NCBI RefSeq assembly: GCF_003918875.1
Contig: NW_025765814.1
Coordinates: 124,001 to 188,000 of the forward strand
Length of the DNA stretch: 64,000 bases
From: Haliotis rubra
Taxonomy: Eukaryota
Direction: 5' to 3'
Below are positions 39,102 to 50,700 of this stretch, piece by piece. The translations under genes were made by a program, and so were the position numbers. The notes under the pieces were generated by a model, which saw only the letters and a list, made by a program, of their open reading frames with translations, did not search any database and was not told where the DNA came from. Positions within the stretch are counted from its first letter, which is position 1. Each line of letters opens with the position of its first letter.

Positions 39102-40818
39102 CTGGTACATAAGCTACACAGCCATTCTTAGTCAAAATCAAATAATATCCAGCCATCAAACTGGTGCTTCGTACCTGGAATGATACAGAAACCATGACAA
39201 CGCACAAAATGACAATATATACACATGAATATTTGGTGTTTATTTATGAAAATTTGAAATTTGTTTTTACCTCAACCTCTGTTCTTTTACGCAATTAACT
39301 GTTGTGATCAATACATATGTCGTATTATGAGTGCAAGTGGACATTAACATCACAGGTAATGACCAATACATGATTGCTTGGTCAAGCATTTATACAAATA
39401 TAACAAAGTCGGTATTCAGTAACATAACAAGCAGTGTGTAGAGTTGTATCACTGAAACCAAAAATATTCAAGAGATTTACAAAAACCTCACACTTCAACA
39501 AACACAGATCCACAATTTTGCATTTGTCTTTGAATGAAGCAATGATTTTATGGCTGCTTTTGAAACAAGGATAAATTATCCACAATGACATTCAAGTTTC
39601 TCAACCCAAATACTGATAAACAAGTGACAACCATTTCCACTTGCAGGAAGGACATCTTTATCATGAACCATTAGGCATCAAGTGAGAGCCTAACATTTCA
39701 ATGATAAATACAGTCTTGTATACTTTACAAAAACAAGTACCTATCATTGTTGGAACTCGTACTAGAACATGGAGCATAACTGTTGTGAATGAATCATAGG
39801 ATGAGAATTAGAAGACTTTCCATCGTTAGAATATATCCCAATACAGTTACTGGTCACTGAGTCAGTAATGGGTGTTGATTAACTTTAAAGTCAAAGATTG
39901 GTTGGGTAATACAAGTTTTTGTAATCTTAATCCAAAGACAGTGTAATATTACACGAAAATAAGGCATCCGCAAGTCCCACACTGCCAACAGCAGTTCAAG
40001 ATACACAAGCATAAAAACATATTCTTGTACACGCAGACCAAGGTGACAGGATGATACCACATTGCCTTCATGCTTCTCTTGCAACCTAGGCTGTATAATG
40101 ATTGTAGACTAACGGAAACAAGAATTACATATTCCATGATGTTGATACCTCTGACTTATCATTTCATGGATACATCAACCAAATCCTAACACCAGTACTA
40201 ACATAGTTATGTGAAAGAAAAGACTGGAACGTCCTAGAGGGAATGCCACGTTTCTACAGTTTCATTAAAATCGGATCTTAGGGTTCACAACCACTACACA
40301 AATGATTTGAGGACATCTCATTAAAGGCCTCAGGACCTTCCACATATCTTGGATGGCCTATCCTGACCAATGAAGTGACGAACAGCATGTCTACATCGGC
40401 CAATGAGAAAGCAGCTTTCCCGAGCTTTGTGGCACTAGTTTCAAAAGGCAACTTCTATCTCAGACTATGCTTTGAAAAATATCTTGACAAATGCCTCAAT
40501 TAAAAATTTGAAAACTGAACTGAAAACATTCAGAATGTTGATAACCTTCTTAACATTATATGATAAGAAAACACATTCTTACTTTCACTTTTGCAATCTT
40601 GCAATGGTAGGATCAAATGAAAGTAGTCCTGGTACAACCTGTAATGGGATATCCTCAAATCTTTGTGTTGAAGTAGTAAGCACCAAGATCTGATATCAAT
40701 GAGATTGCATGTTTCTACAGTGCTTGATACATCAACCGTGTTCTGTTCTGCAGTCAAGTTGATAACATAGGCTATGTTGTGACAGGCTAGAGTACCTAAC
40801 ATACACAAGTCTATTGGT

Positions 40819-40920
40819 TCACTCTAATGATGACAACATGAGCAGCTGTTTCAAAACTTTAGTCTGGCTCGTCTCTCGTATTTCTCCTGCTAAGAACATC
40901 TCATCCACAACGCTGTACAC
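40819..40920 (-). CDS. AP2S1: AP2S1 exon 4
   Basis: cttcag|GTG ... GAG TGA. Confidence 0.97.
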   Translation of the reverse strand: MYSVVDEMFLAGEIRETSQTKVLKQLLMLSSLE

Positions 40921-43900
40921 CTGAAGCAATAAAAACCAAAATTACACTTGGAACATGATGGATGGTGTGTGTGGTTAGTTTAAAGGCACAATGTCACACA
41001 TTTTCAACAATATTTTGGCCTATATTATATATATTGGGGCATATACACTCACTTTAGCTTCCTATTGATGCAATAAAAGACTTCTTATCCCTTACGACTT
41101 GCCTGAAATCGATAATTGAAACTTCAAGGCGAACAGCTTCCAAACAGAGAACAGTTGCCATATATGGAATGTAAACGATTGCTCTGTACATTGAAAACTG
41201 TCGAACACGGTATTGTCGGTGTTTGCCGAAAAGGTTTCAATCACAAGCTCTGCGTAGGATATTCATAATTTTTTGTGGAATAAATAATATGGTAGCTTCC
41301 CTGAGGGCTGATAGTTAGTATTATTGAGAAATGCATTATTGATTTTTAGAGAAGTGCAGTGTGATATAGTGCCTTTTATGCAGCTTTATACAGTATTTCG
41401 GCTATATCACAGCACCCAGCTTAATGTGGGTGGAAAACCTGAAATGATGCTTGACTTGAACGTTTACCACTTTGGTGATGCCCACAAGCAAAGGTATTGT
41501 GCTGACAACACTAGAAACATACTAGGGGCAAGTCAAGATTCAAACCAATGATCAAAAGTTGTAGGCGTGCCCAAGGGACATAACTCTGTACAGTAAACAT
41601 AGTGCCTGAGGAATGAACAAAAGGTTATTCTTCTGACATAATATTACATCCTGTACAAAGTAAGAACTGATTGCAATATTCAACTCACAATATTTACTGA
41701 AATTCCCCTACCTCATGTATAGCCTAGAATATCATAGATGACAAATATGGAATATGATTCGTGGAACTACTCATGGGTGGGGGACAAAGTGGACAACTGA
41801 CCAAGGGAGGTGCTCATTTAAAATGTTGATGACAAAATAAGAGATTGAATGGGAGAGAACAAACTGTTAAGAATGGAATAAATCATATTTTTCTAAATGT
41901 TGTATAATACGACTGCAATAATGAAATGAATTGTATATACATACATACACCACAAATTATAGAAATGCTGGAATTTAAAAGCTAAATAGTGTACTGTATT
42001 TGCCAAAATAAGCTCAGAAAATTGACAAATGGGCAGCTTAATGAAGCCACACATAACCTAAATTTGACAGAGATTGACTGGTTAAGAAATGTCATTGAAA
42101 CAAACATTTCCCCAATAGTTACCAGGCAAATATTTCCCCTTAAAAAATACTGTTTTCAGAGATAACCTGATATATACACACACAATATACAATCATTTAA
42201 AAGTCCAAGCTCAGTACAGGGTACTTATAAAGATGACACTGCTGTAGAAGCTGGTCCGAGCACTTACTCCACCAGGGTGCTTAACTTGGATATCACAAAA
42301 TCACTGATCAGTTACTCCCAACCGTAATCCCACTTTCAGTCATGTATGTACTCACCTTATAAAAGTTAAAGACTAGATCGAGTTCACACACATTGTGGAA
42401 GAACTCATTGAGAACTTCTACAAAGTTGTGAATGGCCTCCAAACATGCCAGATTGTTGTCACTGACATCAACACAGATGCAGAAGTAGAGGCCAGCATAC
42501 CGACGGTACACGATCTTGAAATTCCTAAACTAAAAAACAGATAAGAAACATGAGTTAGTATCGTTCCTTTTTTTGTAAGTGCTGGATCAAACTACATCTT
42601 TGCCTAGGTTTAGATAAAAGTAGGAGGTTGTAAAGTGTTATCCAAGGTTGAACTAGGATGTGTTGTGTAGAAGTCGAAGTTGAAAGGAAAGTGAGTATGA
42701 AAACCCTCGTCTCTGCCTGAAAGGTCTGAGCTGTTGCGATGCTGCTGTTCTGTTTGACTCCTACTCTTATAGACATTTTTATATAGAAAAATGACAAATA
42801 GCAAGCATACTCTTCAGCATGTGCCAAATCGCTATCCCTGCTGTGGAAATCAAGGTAATCAGACAAATTTCAATATATTGTTAGACTAATGCTAAATATC
42901 TAACTATATATAATTCTGATAGTAACAAATAAACCGATATAAATTGAATGGAGTCCCAGTCCGATGGAAAATTCAGAACTGAACCTGAGGGAATCTAGAC
43001 TTGCTTTATTGAGGGCTAGGCAGTAGGGAAAATAATGTTCAGGTACTATGAGACAGACTATTAGATTGTTTGTTGAGTACAATGCAAACACGTGTCTCAT
43101 ATCTTTTTCAGAAATTATGTTACTGATGTGGGAAAGGAAACAAATAGAAAGCAAATTTATATGTCTTCCAGCTTCACTCACCTCTACAAAATTTGTGTGC
43201 TTTGCATCTCTTACTGTAACAACAGCATGGACTTCTTCTATGAGCTTCTGTTTTTCATCATCATCAAAGTGCATGTACCACTTTGCCAAGCGAGTTTTAC
43301 CTGCTCTGTTCTGGATTAAAATAAACCTGATCTGTGGAGAGAAACAAAAATATATGTAATGATGTCCATACAGAGGGTTAATGCAGATGTAGCATACATA
43401 ATATTTTGTGTGTTGAGATTCCATTCTTGGAGTTTCTGATTCGAGACTTGATACCTTATCCACATGACCACAACCCATACCTAAGCTTTCAAGGTAGGAT
43501 GTTATCAGTAGGTTGACACCATGTCATGCTTAAGTACAGAATAGTTTTGTAGAAATTTCCAAACATGTGATGTCAGCACAGATTGTACATTTCTTTACTT
43601 CAATAAGTATAAAGTTATGTTATGACTGTCAATTCTGTTCAGGCTTAGTTTCTGTGTCACATCAAGGCTCATTGTGAATATACATCACTATTAGAAATGT
43701 GGAGGAGTGTACAAAATGTACAAACAATAACCTGAAAACATCCATTGCGATAGATGACAGGGGTGGAAATAACTTTGAAATTGCTAGTGTAATCCGGTAC
43801 AGTGGCACATGTAAAATCACTTGCCCTGATAATTTTTCCACTATACCGGCCATTTTCTTGTTGATTTTTTAAATAAACAACATAATTAACATTGGAATAT

Positions 43901-44518
43901 CAACTGGACACCAGTACGGTGTGATATACAAATTTGCTTGCCCGACAGAAAAAAACACTGGACTTGGGCGTCGGGCAATGGGTTATTTCCACCCCTGAGA
44001 TGACAGAAGAAATTGTGACAAACACTACCAATGGTTAACAGTGAAAGACACTTTTTCTAAAGGAAACATAAACAACAATATTAACTTGAGCAGAAGCATA
44101 ATCATGTTATCTATCACTACCCATATACATTGTAATAATAATTACACATTGCTTGAGTCCATGACTGTTTAGGATACATAATTTATACACAAGAAAGGGA
44201 CATGTTTATTTGTGGGCCAGACGTGTTTAATTGTTTGCTACCATTTTGGAGACATATACAGCTATTGGTATTCACCACATAAAATATTACTTGATTACAT
44301 TATCACGAATATAGTTTATTATGAAGTTATACTGGACGATCCACTGCAAGATGTGTGTTGGATGTGATGGTCGAATAACGTAGTTTTTCCAAACAAATCA
44401 GTGCATTTAACCCGAAGCGTATATCCCAAACACTATGAAGTATGAACATGTAAGGTTTTCATCATGATCTGTAATTAGTGTAGCTTAATTTATGGATCAC
44501 ATTTACAAAACTCACCAT
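40819..44518 (-). CDS. AP2S1: AP-2 adaptor complex subunit sigma (4 exons, 142 aa)
   Basis: Exons 44518-44516 (ATG only, then GTGAG), 43331-43182 ([19 protein letters not shown]...NFVE), 42529-42356 ([16 protein letters not shown]...VFNFYK), 40920-40819 ([33 protein letters not shown]). Near-identical to the canonical 142-aa sigma2. Confidence 0.97.
40984..41374. mobile_element. Kolobok-like MITE
   Basis: TTAA|aggcacaatgtcacac ... gtgtgatatagtgcct|ttta. Confidence 0.6.
42356..42529 (-). CDS. AP2S1: AP2S1 exon 3
   Basis: ttttag|TTT ... AAG|gtgagt; 58 codons. Confidence 0.97.
43182..43331 (-). CDS. AP2S1: AP2S1 exon 2
   Basis: ccacag|ATC ... GAG|gtgagt; 50 codons. Confidence 0.97.
43758..43997. 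mobile_element. CAGGG-ended MITE, 6-bp TSD
   Basis: Perfect TIR caggggtggaaataac / gttatttccacccctg; TSD AGATGA. Confidence 0.8.
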
Positions 44519-44670
44519 TTTGACAGTGTAACCGGCAGTGACTCCTCCCACAACGGAGCATGCGCGCTGAACGGGAACGTGTTTATTTCCGCTTCCGGAC
44601 ATTACAACGTGCTTGCAGCATGATAGAGTTGTTGTGATTGTTGTTTGACACTAACAGCACAACCAACAGC
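44519..44670. promoter_or_regulatory. Bidirectional promoter shared by AP2S1 and POLR1C
   Basis: 152 bp between divergent ATGs; locally CpG-rich; NRF1-like GCATGCGC (44558-44565); tandem ETS-like TTCCGCTTCCGG (44587-44598). Confidence 0.8.
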
Positions 44671-44730
44671 ATGAGCAGGATTGATGAATTGCGAACACGT
44701 GTTCAGTTGAACGAACATGGTGTTGACAAT
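44671..44730 (+). CDS. POLR1C: POLR1C exon 1 ([20 protein letters not shown])
   Basis: ATG...AAT|gtaatg; similar to the RPAC1 N-terminus. Confidence 0.9.
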
Positions 44731-47700
44731 GTAATGTATATCATTTCTTGAATTGTATTCCTGCTAACATTAAACAGTACACTGGTGCCGCTGGTGGCAT
44801 GTCGCTTCAACTTTCAAGCACGTTTTGAATATATCATGATCATGTGAATACTCTTTGGCACATAATACCAACGTGATCAGATGTTTGAAATAAAATAATG
44901 TCAGATTTAAGCAACTCTGAACTGTATTATCATGGTGAATGATTGAGCTACTTATAGCTACTTTTACTTGGGTTTAAACACTCCTTCAAACAGTGGCGAA
45001 TGTGTATGATGCTGACAAACATGGCAAAAGAATCAAGCATAACAAGATTCAAACCAACAATCCAAGATTTCAATGCACGTCTCTGTGCACTGTGAATTGC
45101 AATGCCCCCAATATATTCCTATTTGATTAGTGTTGGGAATTGGTTAAAATCTCATAACTGATGATTGGTTCATTACAACCGATCAATCAGATGCTTGATT
45201 GGCATTTTAGAAGGGTTATAGCTAAAACGGCACCACAGCAGAACAGCACCAAAATCGTGTGGCGAAAACGGCACCGTATTGGCGAAAACGGCTACTGATT
45301 TCTGAGCTAAAACGGCACCATATACAAAACAAAGTATGATGTTGACTTTTATGTTTTAGTTGGTTTAACTATAACATTAGAATCAACACATCCGGCAGGA
45401 AGTTTTCATCTAACTAGGGTAGCTTGGTTTTGTCGTCCACCAGGCTTGTCAGGGTTGATGTTTTTGTTGAGCTTCCTCAACGATGCTGGCGCCTGACTTG
45501 TATATGTTCTTCCTGACTGTCTTATCTCATACAACACAGTGGTGAGGCATTGTGATGAATGATATGTAATGTGTACATTCTTGCGTTTTAAATACAGTTT
45601 CATTTTGACACTGAGTTTTGGCGATTTGAGTTGAGAAAATGTACTTAAAACATCAAAGGTTGTGATGTTTTCACGCTAAAGGACAAGGTATGATAAGGGT
45701 GGTTTTTGGCCCATAAACAGAATTGGCTGAACACATGTTATTTGTTTAGAGACAAGATGGCTTTGCATAAAAAAGCTATTTTTTAAATGATCTGAGGCCA
45801 TAATTTCAATGCAGAGGGGCCCAAAATGGGTTTTATCAGTTCCCATGAAAAATTGTGCGGTGAAAAAATTGGGATGGGTCATGCTTTTGCTCACTCTTTT
45901 TTATCACTCTGAAAGTATGAAAATGTAGGTTTTTCGAAGATATTGTAAAATAGGTAAACTTTGAGGTCTTCAAAGAGGAAAAAACCCAGCACTAAAACAT
46001 AAAAAAAGGCATATGGAGGTAATTTCAACAATTTATTTAGCATTTGTTATGCTAAAATTATCATGTTGTAGAACTTTGAATATCATGAAATGTTGTGGGC
46101 CAATAAGGGCCTTTATCATACCTTGTCCTTTACAGGCTTTTCCACTCACTCTCGGCACAGTAGATGTTTTGACTATCGAAACATTCTACAAGCCGATTAT
46201 CAGTCTGACTCATTCATTATCTAAACATACTGGAATCCGATTATCAGCTAACACAAACTTTCCAATCACTGTCGGCAGAGTAGACGGCTTCCAAAATTCT
46301 GTATTCAGATTATCTAATGACAAATAAGATGTTCCCAATAATTAGGATTTTATTTGGTGCCGTTTTCACCATAAGATTTGTAGCCGTTTTGGTCAAGTCG
46401 AGGTTCCGTTATGTCCAAATGGTGCCGTTTTCGCCTGGTGCCGTTTTGCTGTGGTTCCGTTTTAGCCTGCACCCTTTTAGAAGATGATATTTGATGAACA
46501 TAGAGATTTTTTCTGGGTTACATCTTCTTTTTATTCTCGAGTACAAGCCCTGAAACGTTGTACTCGAGAATAAAAAGAAGATGTAACCCAGAAAAAATCT
46601 CTATGTTCAACCGATCAATCATCGAAAATAATTGGTTAGCGTCATTTATGAAATTTGTTAATGTACAAAAAAATAAGGAAAAAAACATGTAGTTCTTTGG
46701 GGTTGGGGGAAAATATCACATCTTTAAAGGATGACTAGTATGTTAGGAACATAAATTTCTTAGAGTCTTTAAGATAAATTCAATCATGACTTGGAACGAG
46801 CTTGTAGTGCTTATGAATGTAACAGACAAAACCAACCTAGTGAAAATTACTGTTAATGAAAACAAGTGTTACAGAATTGTTTGTGTTCGATTATGAGAAA
46901 ACATGATGGATTGCTTGGTCATTTAGTCACTGCGACCAATCTTCTATTATTTCAATTAATCGGACCACCACTATATTTGATACACTACCATCTTGTCAGT
47001 TATGAGGATGAGTTAGGTTAATATGTTTTGACATTTTCGATAAATTACAAATTTCTTTTGATGCAGTTAGCAAATAATTGCACAACACAAGGAAGTGTAT
47101 AACTTGTACCAGTAGCCCATATACATCATCAATAAAACAGTTTGTGTTATCACAATGGTGAAACTTGTGTTGAGATTTTATGGACTGGTTATGTACAGTC
47201 TAAGTAAACTGAGGCTCACTTACACTGATATACTGAGTCTAACAAACTCAGTAACTACTACTAAAAGGCCGCGTCAGCTAGCCTTTTGAATTGACCAATC
47301 AGAACACAGCTTACAATTTGCGAAAGTTAACCGTTTGAACTTTTACCATGAAAATGTTTGTACTCGAACGATTCCAATGCTATTTTCCGCACAATTGCTT
47401 CCAAGTGATGCACACTGAGGATGACAATATTTACAACATTGAGTAAACAGTCGCTGGAAAGAGCGTTTTTGTCAATATTCCAGGATGTCATCTTGCGGAA
47501 ATATAAGTAATAGTAACAATGTCCTCAGAAACCACTAAGCGTATATACTGCAGGTCAAATATCTGTGTTTTTTTGCGCGATTTTCGTTTGTTGAGAAATC
47601 AGTGTCAGTGACCAGGAAAGATAAAATACATTTTGTAAGTCCTGCTGAACCCTAAATAGTAGCCATTGTCTGATTGGTTAAGCCATCTCGCATTGATGGG

Positions 47701-50700
47701 ACGGTCATCGGTCTCTCAACGGTTAGTTGACGTGACCTAGGGTTTGTTAGACTCAGTACAGCAGTGTAACGAATAATACTGAGCCTAAGTTTACTAAGAC
47801 TGGGTTATGTATGATCTAACACTGATGCTTCACCTTTGTGTCAACTAGGTGTGTGTGTGCATGATTGTAGGTACACAGCACCGACTTCCCTGGGAACTAT
47901 GCAGGGTATGATGATACATGGAGCCACAGCAAGTTTAAAAAGGTAATTTATAAACCAAACAACCAGAAAGCAATAAAGTACATTATGTATAACATGGGTG
48001 TCTTGTAACATGGGTGTGTGTGGGGGGGGGATGGGGTGTGTGTGTCATCCATGGATCCAAAGACCCGTGTTATGGTGAGGGATGACTGTACCTTGAAAAA
48101 TCGCTTGACTAACCATACTGATAAAGTTTGGAATGATTTGTTAGTCTTACTGCAAGTGACACTACCTGTGAAGTAAAGGACATGTTTACAGAGCTTTTGC
48201 CATGTTAGAGTGGCATTTTGTATGTTGTTTCTATGCATTGATCAAGGTCTGTACCTTGTTATGTTTTACTGAATTATCTCTCAGTTTTCTCGTCATCTGC
48301 TTTACATATCTGTTCACAGAAATTCCGGATTGATGTTGTGAAATTGGAAGGTGATGTTTTGGAGTTTGATATGGTTGGTATTGATGCTGCCATTGCAAAT
48401 GCCTTCCGAAGAATTTTACTTGCTGAGGTAAAGTATTGTTGAACAAATGGTTCAAGTCATGTAGCTGACAATAAACTCCTAAGTCACTAGAAATGTAATG
48501 ATTGATCAAACAATGAAAGGAAATCCTATTTGTAGGATGGTTTATGCGTATCTGGCTGTAATAGTACTTATGTGTTTTGGGTTGTTGTTTTATGCTGAAC
48601 TCACCTCTTACAAGCATAGTTTCATGAAAACCAATTCTAAGCCTGATTATCACAGGTTGCAATACTATTGCAAAAGCTGGACCATTATCAGAGTATCATC
48701 TATATTGCAAGCTTCTTAAATTGATTTTATTCATGTCAAATGAACCGACAATGTTTGTGGATCAATAATATAGTGTGTTGACTTTGATTCTAGAACATTT
48801 CATCTTGTCTTTCCAGGTACCTACAATGGCAATAGAGAAGGTGTTTGTGTATAACAACACATCCATCATCCAAGACGAGGTACTGGCACACAGACTCGGA
48901 CTCATCCCCATACAGGCGGATCCCAAGGCTGTTTGAATACCGACAAGAAGGTCAGACTTGCTTCAAAGATAAATGCCGTATATGACATACTATAAGTCGG
49001 ATCTGACTATAAGTCGGGCCCCTTTATCAACCCTCTAAATTCTTGCTAAAACCATGTAACTCAACTATAAGTCGTCCCCTTTCCCCGTATGTATCAGTAT
49101 TGGGTAGATCAACGTCGTAACACTATAACATGACGAACGTAAACATTGGAATTCGATGGTAAGTGTTGAAGTTGTAAACAAATGTTTGTTTTGATATTTA
49201 CTGTTTCATACTAAGGGAACACTTTGTATATGGCATAATAAAACATCCAATAAAGTGTTGACTTACTGTGTTTATTATCTTTTGTAAAAGCATGTTCTTT
49301 TGCCAGATTGGTGAATGGAAAGTTCAAGACACCTGAAACTTGTTTACTTCGAGAGCATATTTCTGATTGGCTAATGATAAAATGAAAGGCCGATCAACAG
49401 AAGCCTTACATAACCAAGAAAGGTTGTGTTTGTGTGAAATGTTTTTCGACTTTGTTTAAAAAGTGAGCGTATGTGTAAAGACCAACTATCATTGAAAACA
49501 CATCATATAAATGTTACTACATTCATATATGTTTGATGTGAAAATTATGATGGGTAAATATTTCTGTAACTGTGCTTCAAAATGATATTTTTGTATCAAA
49601 AACTTTTCAGTTGGGAACATGCATTGAGCGAACGCTACTGTACTGATTCATTTACCGAGACTGATCAAGTGACACAGATATTTGACTTCGATGTAATTTT
49701 TTGATATATGATCTGTAGTATTTATTAAACTATTAACAGTATTTTTCAAAACCATCACACAAAACTGCAACAGAATGCAAAGAAGTTTACTTTACGTGAA
49801 ACTTTCTTTCAAGTCGTGTCACGTGGCCCAACTTTATTGATCGATAACAAAGTAAGTAAATAGTTGTGATCAAAATATCTGATTAAATTTAATTTAACGT
49901 TTATATTATGAAATATATTTTACAAAAGACAAACAACAAAATTTATGTTTTATTTGTCCCACAATGTCATTTACCATTGAAACCGTTGTCAGTACATATA
50001 TGCTTCCTGCTTCCGTTGTAAACATCGCCAGTTGAGTTCGCTGGTCTGGCAGATTCACTCACCTGACCTCTGGAATTTTTGGGGTAGATTAATTAACTCA
50101 GTTATAAGTCGGGTCCGATTTTTTAGCTCCTTTTTCTGGTATCAAATTTACGACTTATAGTTGGTCATATACGGTGTGTTAAATTAGATGTGTTTTTTCG
50201 GATTTGGTCCGTAATTGTTGAAAGCTGTATCACATGTTCCTGCTACTGTAGTATTTTAGTGTATTTGTTTATGTAGTTGCGTTCCTATCTCTAGAGTTGT
50301 CTCCCTTAGACACAAGGATCTACTGTGTTGATTGTTGGTTTTTGTTAACTATTGTGAGTACACATGGGTTTCACAATGATGGTAAGGTCAATGCTTCTCA
50401 TTGTCACTTTGGGCTTTCCAAATCATTGTTAGGTCGGAAATGGCTGAAATTTAGTTGGGGAGTGAAACTACCCTAATTTTGGGTTAGAATTTGTGCCCAG
50501 TGACCTAATCTTGTCATATGAGAATAAACAGAGGCAATCAATTTGATTGGGTGCTCAGGTTTGGTGACTTGGTTTATAGTGTCATTGTACCCCAACAATG
50601 TGGGTTGTTGTTGACTATATCATCATGGAAATGTGTGGTCTAACCATGGTTATTGTCAGGATGTAGCTTGAATATCTCTATGTATGGCATCCTTCCCAAC

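Larger units (their letters stand above)
45128..46973 (+). mobile_element. Same hAT MITE family, carrying two nested insertions
   Basis: 8-bp TSD TATTTGAT; homologous to 9038-9466 and 59089-59521 outside the 45190-46607 insert. Confidence 0.85.

Noticed and set aside
42900-43478. 192-aa ORF as a complete protein
   Set aside because: Only 43331-43182 is AP2S1 exon 2; the rest is intron read-through.
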